50,440 nt of DNA from Limnochordia bacterium (lineage in GTDB: Bacteria > Bacillota > Limnochordia > DTU080): NCBI GenBank assembly GCA_050945315.1, contig JBMNSS010000003.1, positions 1 to 50,440 on the forward strand. The letters run 5' to 3'. The position numbers were made by a program, and so were the translations under genes. The notes under the pieces are model-generated. The model saw nothing but the letters and a program-made list of their open reading frames with translations, had not been told where the DNA came from and searched no databases. Within the stretch, counting starts at the first letter, position 1. Each line of letters opens with the position of its first letter. Shown one piece after another: positions 1-7,984 of this stretch.

Positions 1-128
1 TCGGATATGCCCGCGCGGCGCGGCTCATAGACATGATGGAGCTTCGGGGCATCGTCGGTCCGTACCAGGGCAGCAAGCCGCGCGAGGTGCTTGTGAGTCC
101 GGATGAGTTGGACGGAATAGCAATGTAA
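1..128 (+). CDS. ftsK: DNA translocase FtsK/SpoIIIE, C-terminal gamma domain (partial, 5' end outside window)
   Basis: Frame from nt 3 reads [30 protein letters not shown]...GIAM-stop, the FtsK gamma winged-helix signature; lies upstream of rodZ/rimO/pgsA as usual. Confidence 0.93.
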   Translation, partial: GYARAARLIDMMELRGIVGPYQGSKPREVLVSPDELDGIAM

Positions 129-182
129 ACTTAAGGTTTTTCCCTCCCGGCGGGCAGACTATGGCTGCTAGGAGGGTGCACA

Positions 183-722
183 GTGAACGAATTCGCACGA
201 TTCCTTCGCGAAAACAGAGAAAGACGCGGATTATCTCTAGACGAGTTGGCGGTGCGTACTAAGATCCAGCGGCGCTACTTGGCGGCCATGGAGGACGGCG
301 ATTTTGCTCAGCTGCCCGGTGCGGCATATCGTCAGGCCTTCGTGAAGTCGTATGCGCGGGAGCTGGGGCTTGATGTTCAGGAAGTGCTGGAGCGCTACAG
401 CCTCGCCGTGCAACCGCCCGGCGAGGAGCCTATGCCTTTGGCAGAACAGACGCCGGGTCTATGGCATTCCGCATGGTTGGTATTCCTGTTGCTCTCGCTG
501 TTGGCGGCAGGAGTATTGGGAGGATGGTATGCGTCAAGGCGTCTGCAGCTCATGCAAGAAGAACGCCGGAACGCTGCATATTCGGTTCATGCGGACATGG
601 AACGTCCGACGCAGGTCGACCAAGAAGAAGGTGAAGATGAAGGGATTGATTTTGACGGCGAACTGAGACTGAGCTACTTCGGCCCCGGAGAGTTCAGTGA
701 TGTCGAGTTGGTGGGCGAATAA
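183..722 (+). CDS. rodZ: RodZ/YmfM-like protein: Cro/C1-type HTH plus single TM helix, short C-terminus
   Basis: LRENRERRGLSLDELAVRTKIQRRYLAAMEDGDFAQLPG..Y..AFVKSYARELGLD is the RodZ HTH; TM segment AWLVFLLLSLLAAGVLGGWY; SD GGAGGG at 171-176; follows ftsK. Confidence 0.8.
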   Translation: MNEFARFLRENRERRGLSLDELAVRTKIQRRYLAAMEDGDFAQLPGAAYRQAFVKSYARELGLDVQEVLERYSLAVQPPGEEPMPLAEQTPGLWHSAWLVFLLLSLLAAGVLGGWYASRRLQLMQEERRNAAYSVHADMERPTQVDQEEGEDEGIDFDGELRLSYFGPGEFSDVELVGE

Positions 723-765
723 GGAAGCAGGCGCGAAGAGAACGCGCACTGGAGGTGAATGCACC

Positions 766-3423
766 GTGTGGCGGACTATTCGCTGGGGTCTGGTTTCGGC
801 TGTCGTGCTTGTCGTCTTGATCGTCAGCGTCTTTTCTGTGTTTTTCACGGACATGTGGTGGTTTCAAGCACAGGGTTACCAGCGCCTTTTCAGCATTCAA
901 ATCGCCTGGTTGTGGGGAGTTGGCCTAGGCGTAGGACTGGCGGCCGCGCTGTTTGTTCTGTTCAATCTGTGGTTGACGCGTCACTCGGTCCTCAGATCCA
1001 TAGCCAACCTATCTGAAGGGTGGGCCCACAGGTTTTCCGGACTCGGTGTGCCGGCGGTTTTTGCGGCCATATCTTTGATCGTCGGGATAATCCATGGCGT
1101 CAGTGCCGCTCCTTCGTGGCGCCGGTTTGCTTTATATCTCAACCAACAGCCCTTTGGCCTCACGGATCCTGTCTTTCAAAAAGATATCGGCTATTACGTT
1201 TTCACACTTCCCGTCTGGGAGTCGGTCAACTATATGGGCTTGGGATTGCTTGCTCTGACGTTGATCTTGACCGGAAGCATCTATGCTCTGACGGGAAATC
1301 TGCGTTTTGAGGGTTTCCGGATCCACTGGAGCGGGAGAGCCAAAACACACCTGAGCTTATTATTGAGCGCTCTGATCGCAATGAGAGCTTGGCGCTATCA
1401 TCTCGATTTGTATCATCTGTTGTATTCACCCAGAGGAGCGGTGTTCGGAGCCGCATATACCGATGTTCATGCCAACGCCCTCGCTCTGCGAGTGCTGATG
1501 GTCTTGGCCTTACTGGTGGCTCTGGGTATTCTGATCAATTTGGTGACCAGGCAGCGGGGCACCCGTCTCATATTAGTCTCTTTGGGGCTGTTGGTCGTCG
1601 CGTCTGTCGGCTTGGGCGGTTTGTACCCGACGGCTATACAGAAGTTCGTTGTGGAACCGAATGAACTGGTACGCGAGAGTCCTTACATCGCCAATCATAT
1701 CGCCATGACACGCACCGCCTTCGGACTGGCTGATATCACTTCACATGAGATCGATCCGGATGGGGGCGTGACCCCTGCCCAGCTGGCGGAGAACAAAGCG
1801 ACCATTGAAAACGTCAGACTCTGGGACTGGCGACCGCTACTCACCAGTTACAGGCAGTTGCAGGAGTTTCGTTTGTATTACGACTTCGCCGATGTGGATA
1901 TAGATCGCTACCGTATCGATGACAGATATCAGCAGGTCATGCTGGCGGCTCGGGAAATCGATGTTGACAGTCTGCAAAATCCAACTTGGATCAACCGGCA
2001 CCTGCAATACACGCACGGCTACGGTGTAGTGGTCAGTCCGGTCAATCGGGTCACCCCCGAGGGGCTTCCGGAGTTTCTCGTTTCGGACATCCCTCCCCGG
2101 GGAGTGCCTGCGATGCGCATAGATCGGCCTGAGATCTACTATGGGGAGCTGACCGATCAGTATGTAGTGGTCAACAGTAGGACACCCGAGTTTGACTATC
2201 CTCGCGGGGATGAGAACGCCATGACCATCTATCAAGGCCATGGCGGTGTGGAACTGTCAAATCCGTTGCGCAGACTGGCTTTTTCGATACGTTTTGGCAC
2301 TGCGAAGCTGATCTTGTCTTCCGACATTCACAGCGAGAGCCGGATCATGTTCTACCGAAACATCCACGATCGCGTGCGGCGCCTCGCTCCGTTTTTGCGC
2401 TATGATTCCGATCCCTATATAGTGATTGCCGACGGCAGGCTGTATTGGATGCAAGATGCGTACACGACAACCGACAGATTCCCCTATGTCAAGCCCATCC
2501 GAGGCTGGGGGAACTACGTGCGCAATTCCGTCAAGGTGACGGTCGATGCTTACAACGGCGATGTCCGCTTTTATGTGGTTGACCCATCCGAACCCTTGGC
2601 TGCGGCCCTGGATAGGGTCTACGGCGGGCTGTTTCGTCCGCTGGATGACATGCCTGAAGAGTTGCGAGCCCATGTTCGCTATCCTGAAGATCTCTTCAAA
2701 CTACAGGTCTCCATGTTTAGCTCCTACCACATGACAAACACCCAGGTGTTCTACAACCAGGAGGATGCCTGGGCAGTGCCCAATGAGGTCTATGGAGACA
2801 GGTTGCGGTCCATGGATCCCTACTACGCTATTACGCGTCTGCCCGGCGAAGAGCACGATGAATTCGTGTTGCTCATTCCGTTCACTCCTGCCCGTAAAGA
2901 TAACATGGTGGCCTGGTTGGCGGCCCGCAACGACGGCGAGGCGTATGGGCAGCTTATGCTGTACAGGTTTCCAAAGCAGTCGTTGACCTTTGGGCCGGCT
3001 CAGATTGAGGCCCGCATCGATCAAGATCCCCACATATCCCAGCAGCTCACTCTATGGAGCCAAAGAGGGTCAGAAGTGATGCGGGGTAATCTCTTAGTCG
3101 TGCCCATAGCGGACACACTGCTTTTTGTAGAGCCTCTGTTTCTCCAGGCCGAGCAGAGTCGGATGCCTGAACTGAAGCGCGTCATCGTGGCCGAGGGTAA
3201 CCGTGTGGTTATCGGGGAGACATTGTCCGAAGCTCTCGACATGTTGATCGGTAGGCAGCCGCAGCCCTCTCAAGACGGCACCGGAGTCAGTCCCTCGCTC
3301 GCCGCGGTATCCGAGGCCCTTGAGAGAGCCGAACGGCGCTTGAGAGACGGAGACTGGCAGGGTTTCGGTGAGGCAATGGCTGCGCTCAAGCGCGCGATCA
3401 AAGCCTTGTCGGAGGAACTCTAG
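766..3423 (+). CDS. UPF0182 (COG1615) family multi-pass membrane protein, about 885 aa
   Basis: Motifs DMWWFQ..GY, FG.TDPVF.KDIGYYVF.LP, NVRLWD, DVDIDRY, WINRHLQYTHGYG, NYVRNSVKVTVDAYNG, RGNLLVVPI; GTG start at 766 behind SD GGAGGTG. Confidence 0.93.
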   Translation: MWRTIRWGLVSAVVLVVLIVSVFSVFFTDMWWFQAQGYQRLFSIQIAWLWGVGLGVGLAAALFVLFNLWLTRHSVLRSIANLSEGWAHRFSGLGVPAVFAAISLIVGIIHGVSAAPSWRRFALYLNQQPFGLTDPVFQKDIGYYVFTLPVWESVNYMGLGLLALTLILTGSIYALTGNLRFEGFRIHWSGRAKTHLSLLLSALIAMRAWRYHLDLYHLLYSPRGAVFGAAYTDVHANALALRVLMVLALLVALGILINLVTRQRGTRLILVSLGLLVVASVGLGGLYPTAIQKFVVEPNELVRESPYIANHIAMTRTAFGLADITSHEIDPDGGVTPAQLAENKATIENVRLWDWRPLLTSYRQLQEFRLYYDFADVDIDRYRIDDRYQQVMLAAREIDVDSLQNPTWINRHLQYTHGYGVVVSPVNRVTPEGLPEFLVSDIPPRGVPAMRIDRPEIYYGELTDQYVVVNSRTPEFDYPRGDENAMTIYQGHGGVELSNPLRRLAFSIRFGTAKLILSSDIHSESRIMFYRNIHDRVRRLAPFLRYDSDPYIVIADGRLYWMQDAYTTTDRFPYVKPIRGWGNYVRNSVKVTVDAYNGDVRFYVVDPSEPLAAALDRVYGGLFRPLDDMPEELRAHVRYPEDLFKLQVSMFSSYHMTNTQVFYNQEDAWAVPNEVYGDRLRSMDPYYAITRLPGEEHDEFVLLIPFTPARKDNMVAWLAARNDGEAYGQLMLYRFPKQSLTFGPAQIEARIDQDPHISQQLTLWSQRGSEVMRGNLLVVPIADTLLFVEPLFLQAEQSRMPELKRVIVAEGNRVVIGETLSEALDMLIGRQPQPSQDGTGVSPSLAAVSEALERAERRLRDGDWQGFGEAMAALKRAIKALSEEL

Positions 3424-3434
3424 TAAGTAGAAGG

Positions 3435-3463
3435 ACATACATACTCCTTCTCGCGCATATAGT
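3435..3463 (+). promoter_or_regulatory. Putative sigmaE (mother cell) promoter
   Basis: ACATACA-N14-CATATAGT resembles the B. subtilis sigmaE consensus; lies directly upstream of the spoIIP-like gene. Confidence 0.6.
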
Positions 3464-3490
3464 GTTGTGTCTAAGAGAGGGGGTAAGTAT

Positions 3491-4261
3491 GTGGCTAAGT
3501 CAAAGCAGCCAGGCTTTGTGGAGAAGAAAGACAGCCCGTTTTTGACCGTTTTTCTAGTGTTACTCGTCGTTGTTGCGGTGTTGGGGGCGAAGTATTTTGG
3601 CTTTGCCCCTTCGTTTGGTACGAAGGCTGAAGAAGATGAGAGGCCGGGGCCGGGAGCGGAGGCACCTTTGGTCTTGGTGTACACTGCTCATCCGATGGAG
3701 AACTACGCTCCCGCTCCACCTCATGCTGAGGGTGTCGGTGATGTCGCCTCGGTATGTCGTCATCTTGAGCAGTCTCTGCAGAAGCACGGAATCCGCGCTC
3801 AGATGGTTACCGGGCAAAAACCCGTACAGTGGAGAGAATCGTTTACCGAAGCGCGTCGGGTATTGCTTCCGGTGATGGAGAAAGCTGAACGGGTCTCTGC
3901 TCTGTTGGATGTTCATCGTGATGCCCTTGAAGGCAGGCCCGACGGTTACACGACGGTCAATCTGTCCGGGAAACCGATGGCCAAGATCCTTTTCGTGGTG
4001 GGAGATGTGGATAATCCCTACATTGAAGAGAATCTGAAGTTCGCCGAGGCCTTGCGGGTCGCCTTGGAGGCCAGGGCACCGGGAGTGACGCGGGGAGTCA
4101 AGGTTCTTCATGAGGCGCTCAACGGTGACCTTCATCCGCAAGCCGTTCAAGTCTATATTGGGGAGTACTACGACAACACGCTTCAGGAGGCCCTGGATGC
4201 GACTTCCATACTCGCTGAGGCTGTTGCTGATGTATTGCAGAAGGGCCGCCATGTGAATTGA
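3491..4261 (+). CDS. SpoIIP-family (stage II sporulation protein P-like) amidase homologue, about 256 aa
   Basis: N-terminal TM helix, then VLVYTAH..ENY, LLDVHRD, MAKILFVVG..NP..EENLKFA and NGDLHP..NTLQEA, all SpoIIP-like; GTG at 3491 after SD GAGGGGGT. Confidence 0.8.
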   Translation: MAKSKQPGFVEKKDSPFLTVFLVLLVVVAVLGAKYFGFAPSFGTKAEEDERPGPGAEAPLVLVYTAHPMENYAPAPPHAEGVGDVASVCRHLEQSLQKHGIRAQMVTGQKPVQWRESFTEARRVLLPVMEKAERVSALLDVHRDALEGRPDGYTTVNLSGKPMAKILFVVGDVDNPYIEENLKFAEALRVALEARAPGVTRGVKVLHEALNGDLHPQAVQVYIGEYYDNTLQEALDATSILAEAVADVLQKGRHVN

Positions 4262-4282
4262 CGGCGCAATCGGGGCATAATA
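4253..4282 (+). promoter_or_regulatory. Putative sigmaF/sigmaG (forespore) promoter of SNF2 pair A
   Basis: GTGAA-N15-GGGCATAATA; the -10 element is near consensus, the -35 is degenerate. Confidence 0.45.
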
Positions 4283-4300
4283 GGCTGGGGTTGGTTGGTC

Positions 4301-6010
4301 ATGCAGATTCTCCACGATCCTGGCAGCCTCGAGGTGCTGCGGAGTTTTGTCACCGGAAGCTATGACAGTAAGCAATGGTATGAACTGAGAAACGAGGCCG
4401 AGTCTCTTTCACTCTCCCGCGGGTTTGACCGGCTGGTCTCATTGGAGGCTTTGGACATTGAGTTGTACGAACACCAAAAGGAAGCGGTTTTTCGGGTCTT
4501 GCGGGATATGCGGGGGAGAGCCTTGCTGGCCGATGAGGTCGGACTGGGCAAGACGATTGAGGCCGGGGTTACTTTACGTGAGTATCTGATGCGAGGTCTC
4601 GTTCACAGCGTACTCATTCTCGTGCCCGCGTCTTTGCTCAGTCAGTGGTGTTTAGAGTTGGCGGAAAAAATCAAAGTCCGGATACCTGTGGGAAGAGGAC
4701 CGGCATCGTTTGAGACAAGCCAGGTCATCGCTTCGTTGGATACTGCCAAGCGACCGGAGAATGCGGCGATCATTCATGCTCGTCGGTGGGACATGGTTAT
4801 CGTAGATGAGGCGCACAGGCTGAAGAACAAGAAGACGGCGAACTGGAAGTTCGTGAATGCCATTGAGAAGAAATACCTGCTCTTGTTGACTGCCACGCCC
4901 GTTCAAAACGACTTGAGCGAGTTGTACAATCTCATCACTTTGCTTCAACCGGGACAGCTCAAGACCTACTCGCAGTTCAAACAGGAGTTCATGCTTGACA
5001 AGCACTCACCGAAGAACCTGACCCGCTTGCGGGAGTTGCTGTCAGAGGTGATGGTACGCAGAGGGAGGCGGGAGGTCTTCATGCGCTTCCCCCGTCGCGA
5101 AGTGCGCTCCATGGCGGTGCCTCTTTCCAGCGAGGAGCGCGTCTTCTATACCGCCATGGTGGATCACTTGCGCTGTGCATATCGGGCACAACCGGCCAAC
5201 AAGCGCAATCTGCTTCCTCTGTTGCTGTTGCTGCGAGAGACGTGTAGTCATCCCGCTGCGGCAAGAGCGACATTGCAGGCCATGCACCGTGTTCGGGAGC
5301 AAAGACTCCTACCGGAGGCGGCCCTTGTCGAGCTGCTGGAGTTGAGTCACATTGCCTCGCCGGCCAAGTTGCGTCTGACCATGGAATTTCTGGCCGGACT
5401 TCGGCAAGAAAAGGCGATTGTCTTTACGGAGTTCAAAGCCACCCAGATGGCGTTGGCGATGGCATGTCAACAAGCCGGCGTAGGTGCCACGCTCTATCAC
5501 GGGGGACTGGACAGCAAAGCCAAACAGGCTGCAATTGATGAGTTTCGTCACTCGAGTCAAGTCTTAATAAGCACTGAGGCCGGGGGCGAGGGGCACAACT
5601 TCCAGTTCTGCCAAACACTGATCAACTATGATCTGCCCTGGAACCCGATGCGACTGGAGCAACGCATTGGACGCGTTCACCGCTTGGGCCAACAAAGGCC
5701 GGTGCTCGTGGTCAATGTTGTGACCGAAGGAACCGTCGAGGCTTACATGCTTTACCTGTTGGAACGCAAGATCGGTATGTTCACCAAGGTCATCGGAGAG
5801 TTGGACATCATCCTGGCCAATCTCAAGGCACCCTATGAACGTGTCATGGCGGAAATCGCCCTGGAATCGCGCGATGAACCTGAAATGCGAGAGCGTATAG
5901 AGGCTTTCGGCCGGGAGCTTGCGGAAGCATGTCACACCTATGAGCATGTTCGCCGCCTCAACGCACAGATCTTTGACACCGATTCTCAGACCATGGAGTT
6001 AGAGGCATGA
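4301..6010 (+). CDS. SNF2/RapA-like helicase, YqhH family (paralogue A)
   Basis: LADEVGLGKT (Walker A), DEAH, LLTATP, STEAGGEGHNFQ, YDLPWNPMRLEQRIGRVHRLGQ; start could also be TTG at 4295. Confidence 0.9.
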   Translation: MQILHDPGSLEVLRSFVTGSYDSKQWYELRNEAESLSLSRGFDRLVSLEALDIELYEHQKEAVFRVLRDMRGRALLADEVGLGKTIEAGVTLREYLMRGLVHSVLILVPASLLSQWCLELAEKIKVRIPVGRGPASFETSQVIASLDTAKRPENAAIIHARRWDMVIVDEAHRLKNKKTANWKFVNAIEKKYLLLLTATPVQNDLSELYNLITLLQPGQLKTYSQFKQEFMLDKHSPKNLTRLRELLSEVMVRRGRREVFMRFPRREVRSMAVPLSSEERVFYTAMVDHLRCAYRAQPANKRNLLPLLLLLRETCSHPAAARATLQAMHRVREQRLLPEAALVELLELSHIASPAKLRLTMEFLAGLRQEKAIVFTEFKATQMALAMACQQAGVGATLYHGGLDSKAKQAAIDEFRHSSQVLISTEAGGEGHNFQFCQTLINYDLPWNPMRLEQRIGRVHRLGQQRPVLVVNVVTEGTVEAYMLYLLERKIGMFTKVIGELDIILANLKAPYERVMAEIALESRDEPEMRERIEAFGRELAEACHTYEHVRRLNAQIFDTDSQTMELEA

Positions 6011-7467
6011 TAGGCGACAGCCACCGAGATGCGCAAGTCCGGCGCTTCGTGTTGGGATTCTTGCGAGCTTGCGGTGCGCAGACGGATGGCCGTCGTGTGC
6101 GCTTGCCCGGTGTTTTGGCTCGTCATCTGCAGGTTGACGAGCAGCTTGAGCTCAGCTTTGTCCCGACGTCTTCGGGTGAGGCGGAGTATATAACTCACGG
6201 CCATCCTCTGCTTGATCGCATGATAGCTCTTAGCATGAGCCGAGGGGCTACCTCTAGTCTGCTTTGCGGTGGCGCTCTGGCACCTGAGTTTTTACACCTT
6301 GCTTTTCAAGACGATCCGTTTTCGGCCGCCCAGACGGAGAACAGGCAGTTCGCTTGGCTGAAACGCACGCTGCGAAGAGTCTCCTTTCCCAAGTCACAGC
6401 CTCGTATCGTTGCTCGAAGTCTGTCGTATCATTTGCAGCTTCTGTTTGGCTTTCGGGTCGCCCTGGTCTCGGATGAAAAGCGCGAACAGCTGATGCACAT
6501 CCTCATGGATCCCATCACCGAATCCGCTGACTCCCTCATAGACGTTGATGAGGCGATCTCCTTTGTTCCTGTCACGGATAGATCAGACGGATTTGCCCCC
6601 TCGTTCTCCGAAGACTCTGAACCCGAGCCGCTCGAGACAGTGCTGTCGCGGGCGAATGAGGGGTTTCCTCCGCATGCCTATGCAACCTTGCGCCTCTATC
6701 GAAAGGCTTGTCAAATCTTGGAGGAACGCTTGCAGGAAGAATTGAGGAAGTTCAAGACCGAGGCCGATCGGCGGCTGAAAGACGATCTGGAGCGGATTGA
6801 GACGTATTACGCGGGGCTGGCACAAGAGGCCTTGGACCCGCTGCGTCGGATGTTTAGGCATATGGCCACCTCTTCCGTCCGCATGCAGCTGGCTCGCTCC
6901 TACGAGAACGAAAAGCGTTATACCAAGCAGTTGCATCTTCTGAAGCAAAGGGCGGAAGCCATGGAGGCGGACTACAAAGAAGAGACGGAAGAGCTACAAG
7001 CGGAGATGGCCCGTCGCCGAAGTGAGTTAACAGCCAAGTACCGGATCCGGGCCGAGGTACGCCTGATAAGTTGTGCCGCCGTAAGAGTACCGCGACTAAC
7101 GTTTACACTGCGCTTCAGTCATCCTGCTTCCCGTGAGATCAGCCTTGTCTATGATGTTCTCCGGGCGCGATTGGTTGATCACATCTGTGATGCGTGTGAG
7201 CAACCGTTGAGTGCCTCGTACTTCTGTGATTGCGGAGATCTGGTGTGTTCGAACTGCTTTCAAAGCTGTGTCGATTGCGGACGTGATATGTGCGAGTCAT
7301 GTGCCGCTTCATCGTGCCATGTTTGCGGGGAACGCTTGTGTTCAGACTGCGGGAATCCATGCCCATCGGCAGCGATGCCATCACCCTCCGTAACGGTCTG
7401 CACTAGCTGTCATCGTGAGATCTGCTCGTCTTGTCTCAACCTCGTGTCCGGAATCGGCGATTGGTAG
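6007..7467 (+). CDS. YqhG-like protein with coiled coil and Cys-rich (multi zinc-finger-like) C-terminus
   Basis: ATGA overlap with the helicase; N-terminal half aligns by eye to 10452..11237 (EYITHGHPLLDRMI vs ELVCPGSHRFEQML; LLFGFRVALVSDEKREQL vs MLFHFRIACEGQWKHEQL); last ~95 aa contain 19 Cys, mostly CxxC. Confidence 0.7.
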   Translation: MIGDSHRDAQVRRFVLGFLRACGAQTDGRRVRLPGVLARHLQVDEQLELSFVPTSSGEAEYITHGHPLLDRMIALSMSRGATSSLLCGGALAPEFLHLAFQDDPFSAAQTENRQFAWLKRTLRRVSFPKSQPRIVARSLSYHLQLLFGFRVALVSDEKREQLMHILMDPITESADSLIDVDEAISFVPVTDRSDGFAPSFSEDSEPEPLETVLSRANEGFPPHAYATLRLYRKACQILEERLQEELRKFKTEADRRLKDDLERIETYYAGLAQEALDPLRRMFRHMATSSVRMQLARSYENEKRYTKQLHLLKQRAEAMEADYKEETEELQAEMARRRSELTAKYRIRAEVRLISCAAVRVPRLTFTLRFSHPASREISLVYDVLRARLVDHICDACEQPLSASYFCDCGDLVCSNCFQSCVDCGRDMCESCAASSCHVCGERLCSDCGNPCPSAAMPSPSVTVCTSCHREICSSCLNLVSGIGDW

Positions 7468-7534
7468 GAAACCCGGACCCTCATGCAGAACACAACGGCG
7501 AATGCTGTTGCCGTTGTGTCTTGGAGGGAGTTAC

Positions 7535-7984
7535 GTGGTTCGTATCGATACGGTTGCTGATGAACGGACTCTGTCTTTGGGGCTGGCAGTGCGGCACCGG
7601 GTTTTTGTAGAGGAACAAGGAGTGGCGCCGCAGCTGGAAAGCGACGGTCGGGATGCCCATGCCAAGCATGTGGTGGCCTGGTTGGGCGATCAGGTGGTAG
7701 GCACGGCCCGACTGGTCGTTGAGGGCCAAGTAGGGCGTATAGGGCGCATGGCCGTCTTGCGTGAGTATAGAGGTCAGGGTGTAGGCGGACGCCTTCTGGC
7801 GGCTCTGATGAAGCTGGCTCGAAGTGAAGGCTTGGTGGCGGTTTATGTACACGCTCAGCTCACGGCGGTTGACTTCTACCGGCGCGCCGGATTTGTCACC
7901 GAAGGAGAGGAGTTCTCTGAGGCGAATATCCCGCATATCAAGATGGTTGCCTCTTTCGATTCACTCAAGGAGGCCACCTCGTGA
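7535..7984 (+). CDS. GNAT family N-acetyltransferase (YjcF/ElaA-like), about 149 aa
   Basis: VRHRVFVEEQGV..E.D..D, GRIGRMAVLREYRGQGVG (acetyl-CoA motif A), HAQ..AVDFY...GF..EGEEF.EANIPHIKM; GTG at 7535 after GGAGGGAG. Confidence 0.9.
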   Translation: MVRIDTVADERTLSLGLAVRHRVFVEEQGVAPQLESDGRDAHAKHVVAWLGDQVVGTARLVVEGQVGRIGRMAVLREYRGQGVGGRLLAALMKLARSEGLVAVYVHAQLTAVDFYRRAGFVTEGEEFSEANIPHIKMVASFDSLKEATS

